64,000 nucleotides of DNA from contig VYBO01000130.1 in NCBI GenBank assembly GCA_009844405.1, positions 12 to 64,011 on the forward strand. The letters are read 5' to 3'. Made by a program: the position numbers and the translations under genes. The first letter of the stretch is position 1. Every line of letters starts with the position of its first letter. Source of the stretch: Acidimicrobiaceae bacterium. GTDB lineage: Bacteria > Actinomycetota > Acidimicrobiia > Acidimicrobiales > Aldehydirespiratoraceae. Shown here in pieces: positions 45,763-54,231 of the stretch. The notes under the pieces are model-generated. The model worked only from the letters and a program-made list of their open reading frames with translations, searched no databases and had not been told where the DNA came from.

Positions 45763-48700
45763 TCAGGGCGCGGACAGGGAGCAGAGGTCCGACAAGAGGC
45801 TCCTAAGGTCCTCGACGGGGATGATCGTCGTGCCTACGTCGCTACCCAGATGGCGGAGCAGGTCGGCGGCGATGGATGGTGCGCTGGTCACGAGGATGTC
45901 CTCGATCTGCCAGTCGCCGGCGCGTCCCGCGAGTTGCATCTGACGGTGGAGCGTTGACCAGTGGTCTCGCACGAACTTGACACGCTCGTTGTGGCGGGCA
46001 ACGGCCGGGTTCTCTCCGGAAACAAGCTTGTCGAGATCCTGCTTGATTTCGCGGGCGCTCCGCGACGTAGCGAAGCTCTTGGCTTCGATGATCGAAAGAG
46101 TCTTGCGATGCTTGTTGATGACGAGCACATCGATGTCCCCTAGCTTGTCGCCGTTCTGTCGTTCTAGCGAAGTGTTTCCGAGCGACTTCACTTGCACGCT
46201 CACCTGGTTGTGCGGGTCCCTGCGGAAGATGTCGGCGACTTCGCTCTCGAACTCCCTGCTGATGCGGTTGCGCTGCTGGCTGATGTACCGCTTCATCGAG
46301 CGCGACTTGGCCGCTAGCCGGCCGGAAGACATCTGCTCGAACAGCGCTTCTGTGGCGGTCCAAGGCGCCTGGCTGCCCCAAGTGGCTACCAACTCATCGT
46401 CCCCGCATTCTCGAATCAAGACAGGACGACGTAGGAATGAGTTTTCTCTCGCGTAGCGCCACGGCGTGAAATCCGGATCGAACAGATCTGGGTCCTTATC
46501 GGCTGGCGCCGCCCTTAGCGACATCATGTTGATCATTCTTGTTGCCTGCTGTTGGTCGAGTTCGGTGGTCGTGGTGAGATCGTGCAGAAGATCGGAAACG
46601 AGCATTGTCCTCACTTGAACGTCGTTGCCCGCAGCGAGTTCGCTCAGGCGCTCCACCGCTTCAAGGAACCCGATGAAAGGCACGCCGAACTCGGCTTCGA
46701 ACACGGCCGATGCCTCTCTGAGATCGGCCGCGGGCGGAGGGTCTTGGCTTGCCATGAAGTTGGCCCACTCGGCTAGTAGGTCTTGGGCCGCAAGGGCGCG
46801 CGCATTCGTGTCGGTGCGGTCGCCCACGGCTTGGCAGTACGGATCGCTCAGGTCCATTCGTAGACAGCCGGGTTCCCGAAAGTACAGGTCCGTATCCGAT
46901 AGCTCTAGGCGGTAGGCGTCGCCAATGGAGCCCAATGCGATCATCTGCTGGGAGATCGCCAGGAGTTCGTCGTAGCGCGAGAACGACATCGGGCGGTGGC
47001 CGCCGCGGACGCAGCGCACGGCCGATTCGATCAGGTAGCGGCTCGCCAAAGCGCTCTGTTCGATCTCATGATGTTTCTCGATCGCGCTACGCATGTCGCC
47101 GCCGTTGTCAGCGTCGGTGAATGGGTTCGGGGCCATGACGCGCAACATCGTCCTGTCGCGTTGCATCCGCTCCTGCTCCGACGCGAGCAACTCAAAGGTC
47201 GTATAGGGGTCGAGTTCGCGAAGTTTCTCGCGCAACCTGCCGTCGAGGGTGCGCACGATCTCCACGATGATCTCTACGCGACGCTCCACAGGGACGGGGC
47301 CGAACTGTAGACCGAGGCCGGACGCAATCGCGTCGATCTCGTTTACCACGCCATCAAGTTCGAGGTGGTATTGCAGCCGGCACCCGGGCAGATGTGCGCC
47401 ACCGTGGACGCCGGGTACATATCCGATGCCGACATGCATGAACCGCGGGCCTTCGTGGATGCTGACGTCGTTGAGGTCGGCGTCCATAACGGCGGATGGC
47501 CGTCCTGCCAGCGACGCCAGTGACCTTGCCACTTCCACGATCAGTTCTTGTTCTGCAGCATCGGCTACCTGCGATAGGCGCGCTGCGGCATTGGGCAGCA
47601 GTCGCACGGTGATTCGGTGCTCATCACGATCGACTGCGATCTCGAACCACGGCGCGTCGTCGGCGTGGTCGACGTCCGCGAATGAGAGTACGGACCCGTC
47701 GGGATCGACGATCTCGATGACGACGCACGAGGCGCTCACGGCAATCGTGTCCAGATTCGTGTCGACACGGTCTCGTATCCGCCACAGGTGGAGCGAGAGG
47801 GCGTCTGCTACTCCCGCACAGAACCGCTGCGATTGAGTGCCAGCGCCATGGGCTCCGACCCAGCACGGCAGAGCAAGCTCAACCAGCCTCAGATGTCTCA
47901 GATCCTCGCGCTGAGGTACGTACACACGCACGCTCTCGCTCACAGCTTCGCGGCTCACAGGCACCGCTCTCGAGCCATCGGGTAGAGGGACGGCATGTGC
48001 ATCTGATCGGCGTCGCTCTCTGACAGCTAGGGGTGCTCCAAACCCGGGGGGCAGCAGGATGCCGCGTGCTTCTGGGCCGCTAAGTCGACGCGGCCTTCTG
48101 TCGGACTGGAGGTACAGCGCGTAGGCGTCTGCTGCATTGTTGACCGTTCCGTAGCCGGGCAGACGGATTTCGGCGAGGGCCCTTACGAACCGCCAGAGCC
48201 CCAGGCTGTCGTCCCGCTCGTGGTGGGCAATTGTGCGCATCTCATCGATGGTCAGCAGGAGAACCGACCGGCCTCCACCTTCAAGCTCAGTGAAGTCCGC
48301 ATGCATCGGGCGGCCGATCGGCACCATGAGCACTAGGTGAAGAACCTCACCGGCCGGGTTGGCGGCGCGCGCCGCGTCGCGGACATGTTGCATGCGCTTG
48401 TTGATGCATTGCATCTGCGAGGTGGAGTCGGTCGCCGCATGTGGCCTCGCGGTCTCGTATCCGTTGAGATCGTCAGCGAATACGACAACATGCGCGATCT
48501 TGTCAATATCGAACGCGAATAACGCATCTTGGAGATTGCTGGATGGTTGGAGTGCCAGCGAGGCGTCCAGTGGAACCCACCTCATCTGCTGACATAGACG
48601 TTCTGTCTCGGCCAGAACGGCTCGCTCGAAGGCTGCCATCAGATGGTGGTGCACGCCACTCGCGGCGGCCCTCGCTGCGACGCGATGCACTACAGAGAGG

Positions 48701-49467
48701 GCGAGCTGGTTTGGCGATGGCACGATCAGCCCGTTCGAAGAAGAATTCAGGGACAGCGGATACAGGAGGGCCCGGTCGTCGGTCAAGCGGGCGCGATCTC
48801 GCTTCCAAGCGATCCGCTTCGTGGGCCAGCACAGATCGGAGAAGCCCTCAAGCCCGCCGAATCGGGTCTCCAAGTCCGGCCCGTCGATGCAGACAGCCGC
48901 CTTCAGGCGCCGGAGCTCTTCCACTGGCGGAATGTGAACTCCTCTGTCCTTCTCGAACTTGGGTTCCTGCCAGCGTTCCAAGCCGCCGCCGCGCGCGGCC
49001 CTGTCGGAGATCCAAAGAAGGCGGGCTGCGTCGCGTCGCATCAGTTCTTGCACACCTGCAGCCTCGGCCGGAATTTTGTCGAGTGCTTGGAGCACGAACT
49101 GGCATACGGTCGCCGCGTTGGCGACCGCGCCTGGGACTGTGAGGTACTCGGCGTCGTCGAATACGACTGGTGCTGTGAACGGACTCTCGAAGGGATCTTC
49201 GTGGGCGAGCACATGGTCACTAGCGATCGGAGGACCCGTCAACAGAGCTTCAATGTCGGCGACTGCCGCTGTCCGCTGCGGAAGAGCGGGGCGCACGGCT
49301 CGCGTCGCCTCGACCAAGCGTGCGAAGCGGAGCCACTTCGTAGCGTTGTCGGGTAGGAGCTGAAGTGCCCCCGCACTCAGGAGCAGTGAGTCGGTCACAC
49401 TCCGAAGTTGCGGGCCCAAGCGGGCCAACTCGCGAGGAGTGCCCCTGCGAGATCCCGGGAGCCTCAT
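45763..49467 (-). CDS. 1234-aa protein of unknown function with a C-terminal PD-(D/E)xK-like nuclease motif
   Basis: Uninterrupted ORF whose ATG overlaps the stop of the upstream E2-like gene (ATGA at 49464-49467). C-terminal motif ..LGDIDVLVINKHRKTLSIIEAKSF.. (D-x13-E-x-K; nt 46081-46140). No Walker A or other motif recognised in the first ~1100 aa. Confidence 0.7.
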   Translation of the reverse strand: MRLPGSRRGTPRELARLGPQLRSVTDSLLLSAGALQLLPDNATKWLRFARLVEATRAVRPALPQRTAAVADIEALLTGPPIASDHVLAHEDPFESPFTAPVVFDDAEYLTVPGAVANAATVCQFVLQALDKIPAEAAGVQELMRRDAARLLWISDRAARGGGLERWQEPKFEKDRGVHIPPVEELRRLKAAVCIDGPDLETRFGGLEGFSDLCWPTKRIAWKRDRARLTDDRALLYPLSLNSSSNGLIVPSPNQLALSVVHRVAARAAASGVHHHLMAAFERAVLAETERLCQQMRWVPLDASLALQPSSNLQDALFAFDIDKIAHVVVFADDLNGYETARPHAATDSTSQMQCINKRMQHVRDAARAANPAGEVLHLVLMVPIGRPMHADFTELEGGGRSVLLLTIDEMRTIAHHERDDSLGLWRFVRALAEIRLPGYGTVNNAADAYALYLQSDRRPRRLSGPEARGILLPPGFGAPLAVRERRRSDAHAVPLPDGSRAVPVSREAVSESVRVYVPQREDLRHLRLVELALPCWVGAHGAGTQSQRFCAGVADALSLHLWRIRDRVDTNLDTIAVSASCVVIEIVDPDGSVLSFADVDHADDAPWFEIAVDRDEHRITVRLLPNAAARLSQVADAAEQELIVEVARSLASLAGRPSAVMDADLNDVSIHEGPRFMHVGIGYVPGVHGGAHLPGCRLQYHLELDGVVNEIDAIASGLGLQFGPVPVERRVEIIVEIVRTLDGRLREKLRELDPYTTFELLASEQERMQRDRTMLRVMAPNPFTDADNGGDMRSAIEKHHEIEQSALASRYLIESAVRCVRGGHRPMSFSRYDELLAISQQMIALGSIGDAYRLELSDTDLYFREPGCLRMDLSDPYCQAVGDRTDTNARALAAQDLLAEWANFMASQDPPPAADLREASAVFEAEFGVPFIGFLEAVERLSELAAGNDVQVRTMLVSDLLHDLTTTTELDQQQATRMINMMSLRAAPADKDPDLFDPDFTPWRYARENSFLRRPVLIRECGDDELVATWGSQAPWTATEALFEQMSSGRLAAKSRSMKRYISQQRNRISREFESEVADIFRRDPHNQVSVQVKSLGNTSLERQNGDKLGDIDVLVINKHRKTLSIIEAKSFATSRSAREIKQDLDKLVSGENPAVARHNERVKFVRDHWSTLHRQMQLAGRAGDWQIEDILVTSAPSIAADLLRHLGSDVGTTIIPVEDLRSLLSDLCSLSAP

Positions 49468-49985
49468 CGGTCCTCCTGGTCCGCCCCGGAGCCAGCAAGC
49501 ACTCTCTGGTTCCGACCGCTGGCGTGAGCCTTGCTCCTACGGCGGGAGAGATGCCGATGGTGTGTTGTCGATCCGACAATTGGGCCGGTGTGGTTGCCGC
49601 CGCTTCCGCACCATTCCCCGGTAGCACGCCAGAACTCGTAGTGGAGGAGCCACTCACAGGCCCACGGGAGGATGGTCACAGCGATTGGATCGCCGGGGGA
49701 CCACTGGCCGGGTTCATGCAGGCAGAGGCTGCCGTCCGGGTAGATGTGGGGCAGGTTGCCGTCGGTGTCGACGACGAGCTTCGGGCGACGGACGAAGACG
49801 CGCGGGTGATACGGCGGCGCGTAGCGGAGGGCTACAAGGTATTGCCGGCTGACCTCGCTGGGTTGGAGTTCACCGGTCCACTGCAGCACTCCAGCCTTCA
49901 GCGTCGCCTGCCCGTGCGGGTAGTGATCGTCGAGCAGTCGCGCCTCCCGTACGAGTGCGAGGGTGCGTCTATCGGTCTGGGCCAT
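49464..49985 (-). CDS. Stand-alone prokaryotic E2-like (UBC-fold) protein, CBASS type II(short)-style
   Basis: ..LPHIYPDGSLCLHEPGQW.. resembles the E2 HPN..G.ICL catalytic-Cys loop. 173 aa. The start overlaps the CD-NTase stop by 17 nt. Confidence 0.6.
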   Translation of the reverse strand: MAQTDRRTLALVREARLLDDHYPHGQATLKAGVLQWTGELQPSEVSRQYLVALRYAPPYHPRVFVRRPKLVVDTDGNLPHIYPDGSLCLHEPGQWSPGDPIAVTILPWACEWLLHYEFWRATGEWCGSGGNHTGPIVGSTTHHRHLSRRRSKAHASGRNQRVLAGSGADQEDR

Positions 49986-51105
49986 GAAAGTCGTGGGGCT
50001 GAATCTTGGTGCCGCTCCGATCGGTCACTCTTCCCTGCTGGACGACGCTGAGGCCGCCGGCAGCTGCAAGGGACGAGAGGCCCACCCCGACTCGCTTGGC
50101 TCCGGCCTGCACCGGGGCAGCACCGAGTGCAGTGCCAAGCGACCTGACGGCCTCGTCAACGCCGTTGCTGGTGGCCCAGCGGTCGGTATCGGCTACCAGC
50201 GCCTCGACCCACCGATCGAAGTGTCTCTTGCGGTCCGGGTTCGTGTTCCACTTGTCCGCGAAGTTCTCCTCCTCGTGGGCCGGGTTGGGGACCCACCAGG
50301 TGCCGTTGCGCCATTCGACGTGAGACGGGAGGCTGCGAGCCACCTTCCGGAACGCCTCGTATAGGTCGCTTTCCCCGCCGTAGGCATGCGTTGCCAAGGT
50401 CGTGATAAGGATGGAGGCTGGTTTGTCCTGGGGGTTGCTCCGGAAGAACCTGTCGCGGTGCAGCTTCAGCAACTGAACCACCCGTTGCAGCGCGGTTCTC
50501 ACCAGCCACTGAGGAACGTCTTCGACGTCTCGGCTGAGCATCACAGCCAGTTGCGCCCTGGCGACATCAACGGCCTCCCCCATGGAACTCCAGAACCAGT
50601 CGGCGTATCCGATCGGGTTGCTGTGCTGCCACAGGAACAGGTCGCGATCTGACAGCAGCACGGCGGTGTCGTCGCCGTCGGGATCGGGGATGACGGGCAG
50701 CACGTCCATGTGGAAGCGGTCACCCGCATAGATGAGTTCCCAGCAGCGGCCTCGCTCCTTCAGTGTCGGGTTTCCGTTGCTGGCTCCGCGTACGGTGATG
50801 TAATCCGTCAGTAGCTGCCCAGCCTGGGCGCGGAGTTCCTTCTGGGTGATCGACTCCTTGGTCAGGAGTCGGAGGTGGACCAGGTCGATGTCGAAGTCCC
50901 CGCCGGCGGTCGGTCGCAGCACGGTTCCCAGCCGGAACGAGCCCTGTGGGTACACTTCGCGTTCGTCGACGCCTTGGGCGACGAGCCATTGGCCGAGATC
51001 CGTGTATCGATGCTCTGCGAGCGCAAACTGCTGGGGTGAGATGTCGAGTTCCCCGGCCGTTGCGTCGAGCACTCGCGAGGTCACCTGGAGATTGCTATTG
51101 GGCAT
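49969..51105 (-). CDS. CD-NTase (cGAS/DncV-like nucleotidyltransferase, SMODS-type)
   Basis: Start MPNSNL.. (ATG 51105). Pol-beta NTase core QGSFRLGTVLRPTAGGDFDIDLV (GS-x13-DxD) plus a third acidic HMDVLP. ..SILITTLA.. helix. The N-terminal LDISPQQFALAEHRYTDLGQWL is typical of SMODS. Confidence 0.75.
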   Translation of the reverse strand: MPNSNLQVTSRVLDATAGELDISPQQFALAEHRYTDLGQWLVAQGVDEREVYPQGSFRLGTVLRPTAGGDFDIDLVHLRLLTKESITQKELRAQAGQLLTDYITVRGASNGNPTLKERGRCWELIYAGDRFHMDVLPVIPDPDGDDTAVLLSDRDLFLWQHSNPIGYADWFWSSMGEAVDVARAQLAVMLSRDVEDVPQWLVRTALQRVVQLLKLHRDRFFRSNPQDKPASILITTLATHAYGGESDLYEAFRKVARSLPSHVEWRNGTWWVPNPAHEEENFADKWNTNPDRKRHFDRWVEALVADTDRWATSNGVDEAVRSLGTALGAAPVQAGAKRVGVGLSSLAAAGGLSVVQQGRVTDRSGTKIQPHDFHGPDR

Positions 51106-52168
51106 GGGTGAGCTCCTTTCCATGGAAGGGGGTGTACGGAGAGGGGGAGTGCTGGAAGAAGTCGGCCAGCGCAGGCGAGCATGTGCGGCTCTCAGCGAGG
51201 GCACGTCCGATCAGGTCCGGGGCGGTCACCGAGTCGAGCTTGTGAAGGCCCACGGGGGTCGGCGCGTCCACCCGCACCACGTTGGACCGCCCGAGAATGA
51301 GCTGGGCATGGTTGGTGGCTGCCAGGCTCTGCCCTCGCAGCATCACCTTGAGGCCGTCCGAGCGCCAAGCGAACAATCCCCCGTTGTCAAGAGTGGTCCG
51401 GCGTTCGCGGACTTCGTTCGTGGTGCCCACATTGAGGACGCGGATGCGGCCGCGCTCACCGCCGAGACGGTCGAAGCACTCCGCCACCCCCACCAGCGTC
51501 GGGTTGTTGGCCCACACACCGCCGTCAATCAGACGGTGCGCCTCCACCCGGTGAGTGGGGAGGAACGCCGGCGCTGCCGCGGTGGCCAAGGCCACGTCCA
51601 CGGCCGCCACTCGCCAGTCGCGTCGCAGGTCCCGATGGTGGGGGGTGCGGAACAGATGGACGTGATCCGCGGCTAGGTCGTAGCTGGGGATGGCGAGTCG
51701 GACCCTCGAAGCGCCGAGAAGCCGATCTCTGAAGCGGTCTTGCAGCACTGCTCGCAGTCCAGCGGCGTTGTATCGAGGCCACCGGAGTCGTCGCAATAAC
51801 CCGTGACGTGCTCGCCCCGCCCGTGGGAAGATGCGGTCGCCGTGTTCGAGATAGATCGACAAAACCTCAGTCGGCGGCACGCCCAGCCCAAGCGCCAGAG
51901 CGATGATGCCACCCGTCGAGGTCCCGACTATGAGATCGAAGTGGTCGGCGATCGACGTGCGGAAGTCCTCCTCCCAGGCAGCCAAGGTTGCCGCAGTGAA
52001 GATCCCGCGCAGCCCGCCTCCGTCGAGCGCGAGCACTTGGAGGAGCGGAGCGCTCCGATCCGGCGACCCAGCGGGCGTGGAATCGGACTCGACACCGATC
52101 ACGTAGCCGCTGGCAGCCTGAGGCTGGTCGTCGGCGTTCTCAGGCTTGGCTATCCGGATCTCAGTCAT
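51095..52168 (-). CDS. capV: Patatin-like phospholipase (CapV-like CBASS effector)
   Basis: Oxyanion DGGGLRG, nucleophile elbow GTSTGG and catalytic Asp in IDGGVWANNP. The stop overlaps the CD-NTase start by 11 nt. Confidence 0.8.
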   Translation of the reverse strand: MTEIRIAKPENADDQPQAASGYVIGVESDSTPAGSPDRSAPLLQVLALDGGGLRGIFTAATLAAWEEDFRTSIADHFDLIVGTSTGGIIALALGLGVPPTEVLSIYLEHGDRIFPRAGRARHGLLRRLRWPRYNAAGLRAVLQDRFRDRLLGASRVRLAIPSYDLAADHVHLFRTPHHRDLRRDWRVAAVDVALATAAAPAFLPTHRVEAHRLIDGGVWANNPTLVGVAECFDRLGGERGRIRVLNVGTTNEVRERRTTLDNGGLFAWRSDGLKVMLRGQSLAATNHAQLILGRSNVVRVDAPTPVGLHKLDSVTAPDLIGRALAESRTCSPALADFFQHSPSPYTPFHGKELTHAQ

Positions 52169-52232
52169 GCCGCGCTCCTCGGCTCGGCTCTAGGGTCCAC
52201 CACAAGCACATAACGTCAGTGTAATATCACTT

Positions 52233-52247
52233 CAACATGTTGTCAAC
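52233..52247. promoter_or_regulatory. Overlapping palindromes at the start of the XRE-HIRAN gene, plus a TAATAT -10-like hexamer (52222-52227)
   Basis: CAACATGTTG (52233-52242) and GTTGTCAAC (52239-47) straddle the ATG at 52237. TAATAT lies 9 nt upstream of the ATG with no SD sequence, which is a leaderless-type arrangement. The site sits in the 68-bp divergent intergenic region shared with the patatin gene. Confidence 0.4.
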
Positions 52248-53217
52248 CCGAGGCCTCATCTCCGTGACTGATCCATCCCCACCACCGGTGCTGACCTTGT
52301 CGGAGCTGAGACGGCGGCTCGGACGATCACAAGCCGAGGTCGCTACCACGATCGGCACGACCCAATCAGGCGTCTCGCGCATCGAGCACCAGGCCGACAT
52401 GCACGTGTCAACACTCAACGAGTACGCCTTCGCCCTAGGTGGGCGCCTGCGCTTGATTGTGGAACACGGCGACGATCACACCGAGATCGGGATCCCGGCG
52501 CTACGTCAGGAGCGACGCGAGCAGCGTCGAGAGTTCCGTGTGATCTGGCAGGACCAACCAACCCGGAGCCTGGTGCAGGTCGGGTGGCTCGTGTACACCG
52601 GCGACGAGTTCACGTTCTCATACGTCGACGAAGCCAAGTCCCACGAGCGGTTCCAGCCATTCCCCGCCTTCCCGCGCCTGGATGAGACCTACAAGGCAAG
52701 CGAACTTTTTCCGTACTTCGCCCTACGACTCACCAGCGCGGCCGATCCGCACTACGACGCTGTGTTGGACGCACTGGGACTCACCCGTGAAGACGCGACA
52801 CCCGTGGAACTGCTTGCACGGTCACCCGACTCGCCCCATGACACCATCCAGGTAGTGCCCGAACCCACGGAAATGGCCGATGGCACGCTCGTTCGCCTGT
52901 TTCTCGTGTCCGGTACCCGCCACGCAGACGAACGGGATCCCGACACCGTGAGCCGACTCATCGAGGACCTCGCTACGGACTCACTCCTCGACCTCGTGGC
53001 CGAGCCCAACAACCGGCACAACCCTCAGGCGCTTCATATCGCGGCAAATGGCAAACGACTCGGCTGGGTACCCGACTACTTGCTCTCGGAGATTCACGGC
53101 TACATCGACACAGACCGTCCAGTGTCAATCGCTGTCGCTCAAGCGAACGGTCCGGACGCCCCACCGCACATGCGCCTCCTATGCCGACTGACCGTAGCCC
53201 CCGGGACACCCGATTGA
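52237..53217 (+). CDS. XRE-family HTH protein with a C-terminal HIRAN domain
   Basis: N-terminal HTH: LTLSELRRRLGRSQAEVATTIGTTQSGVSRIEH. C-terminal HIRAN-like: ..LLDLVAEPNNRHNPQALHIAANGKRLGWVPDYLLSEI.. (EPxNxxDxxA..G..lGyvP pattern). Confidence 0.7.
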   Translation: MLSTRGLISVTDPSPPPVLTLSELRRRLGRSQAEVATTIGTTQSGVSRIEHQADMHVSTLNEYAFALGGRLRLIVEHGDDHTEIGIPALRQERREQRREFRVIWQDQPTRSLVQVGWLVYTGDEFTFSYVDEAKSHERFQPFPAFPRLDETYKASELFPYFALRLTSAADPHYDAVLDALGLTREDATPVELLARSPDSPHDTIQVVPEPTEMADGTLVRLFLVSGTRHADERDPDTVSRLIEDLATDSLLDLVAEPNNRHNPQALHIAANGKRLGWVPDYLLSEIHGYIDTDRPVSIAVAQANGPDAPPHMRLLCRLTVAPGTPD

Positions 53218-53284
53218 GCGTCAGCAACTCGCCGGATGCGGTGGCGTGTGAGGTTCTGCTGGCTGCAGAGTCCTTCAAGGCGGT

Positions 53285-53830
53285 CTAGGTCTTCGAGCGG
53301 GACGAGTCCCTCGCGGCTTTGCGGCGCAGCAGTCGCAGGACTCGTGTGATCCGGTCGTTGACCTGGCACTGGCCGTGAAGTCGGGCGATCTTGTCGCAGG
53401 CGTACTCAACCACGCCGATCGCGGCCACAGTGAGGGCCTCAGCGCTTTCGGCGGTGGCGATCTTCTCGACCTCGGGCATCATCCGCCACCACCGGTGCTC
53501 GTTGCCGAAGGCGCGGCGGCTGGCCCGCCACATGGTCACGTCGTCGAGGGTCACCTGGTCACCGAAGCGCGCTATCACCGTGGTCTGGTCCTCGTCGGGG
53601 AGGTGGGCCACGACGGTGGCGATGTCGCGGGAGTACAGGGCCCGCGCGTCGGTCTGCATCGCCGCTCCGAGTGCCCGCAGCGCTTCTTCGATGACGGCTG
53701 CGGCGCCCTGCGACGGGGCGCAGTGGCGCCAGGGGTCGTTGTATTCTTGGCTGCGAGGGCTGATCTCGATTAGGCGCCGGTGTGCTTGCTCGAGGTGGTA
53801 GTAGGCGGCCTCGATGTCGGTGTCGGGCAG
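53285..53830 (-). CDS. HEPN-like protein (partner of the upstream MNT); start unresolved
   Basis: Helical protein with ..AAYYHLEQAHRRLIEI.. and an Rx5H motif (RAFGNEH). The only upstream ATG (53947) would overlap the MNT gene by 178 nt. No ATG or GTG lies near the MNT stop, so this is either a frameshift or a non-canonical start. Confidence 0.4.
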   Translation of the reverse strand: MPDTDIEAAYYHLEQAHRRLIEISPRSQEYNDPWRHCAPSQGAAAVIEEALRALGAAMQTDARALYSRDIATVVAHLPDEDQTTVIARFGDQVTLDDVTMWRASRRAFGNEHRWWRMMPEVEKIATAESAEALTVAAIGVVEYACDKIARLHGQCQVNDRITRVLRLLRRKAARDSSRSKT

Positions 53831-54204
53831 GGCCTGGGCTTGTCCCAGACCACGGCGCTGTCGTCTCCCTGGCTGGCCGCGACAACCACCAGGTTGTCTC
53901 GGATCGCCGCCGCGAACGACGACGCCATCTTGTTCTGCGCCGCCCACTCAGCCACGTCGGTGACCCAGATTGTCACGTAGTGTCCGCAGGCGTCGCCCGC
54001 AATGCGCATCAGGTCAAGTCGCAGCTGCCAGCGGTTCTTGTAGTCCACGTCGTCGAAGATGGCCACAAGGTCGATGTCGCTGACCGGATCGGCGCCGCCG
54101 GCCACAACCGAGCCGTAGGCCAGCACCTCGCGGGCTCCGGCACCGGTGAGGGCCCGGCCGGCTGTTCGGGCGTCCTCAAGAGTGGGCGCGGCCATCTCGG
54201 TCAC
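53770..54204 (-). CDS. Nucleotidyltransferase-domain protein (MNT-like)
   Basis: REVLAYGSVVAGGADPVSDIDLVAIF (GS-x10-DxD). The C-terminal ~25 aa (PRPCPTPTSRPPTTT..) look like out-of-frame read-through. Confidence 0.65.
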   Translation of the reverse strand: MTEMAAPTLEDARTAGRALTGAGAREVLAYGSVVAGGADPVSDIDLVAIFDDVDYKNRWQLRLDLMRIAGDACGHYVTIWVTDVAEWAAQNKMASSFAAAIRDNLVVVAASQGDDSAVVWDKPRPCPTPTSRPPTTTSSKHTGA

Positions 54205-54231
54205 GGCGTCAGGCCCCCTGCTGCAGCGCTA

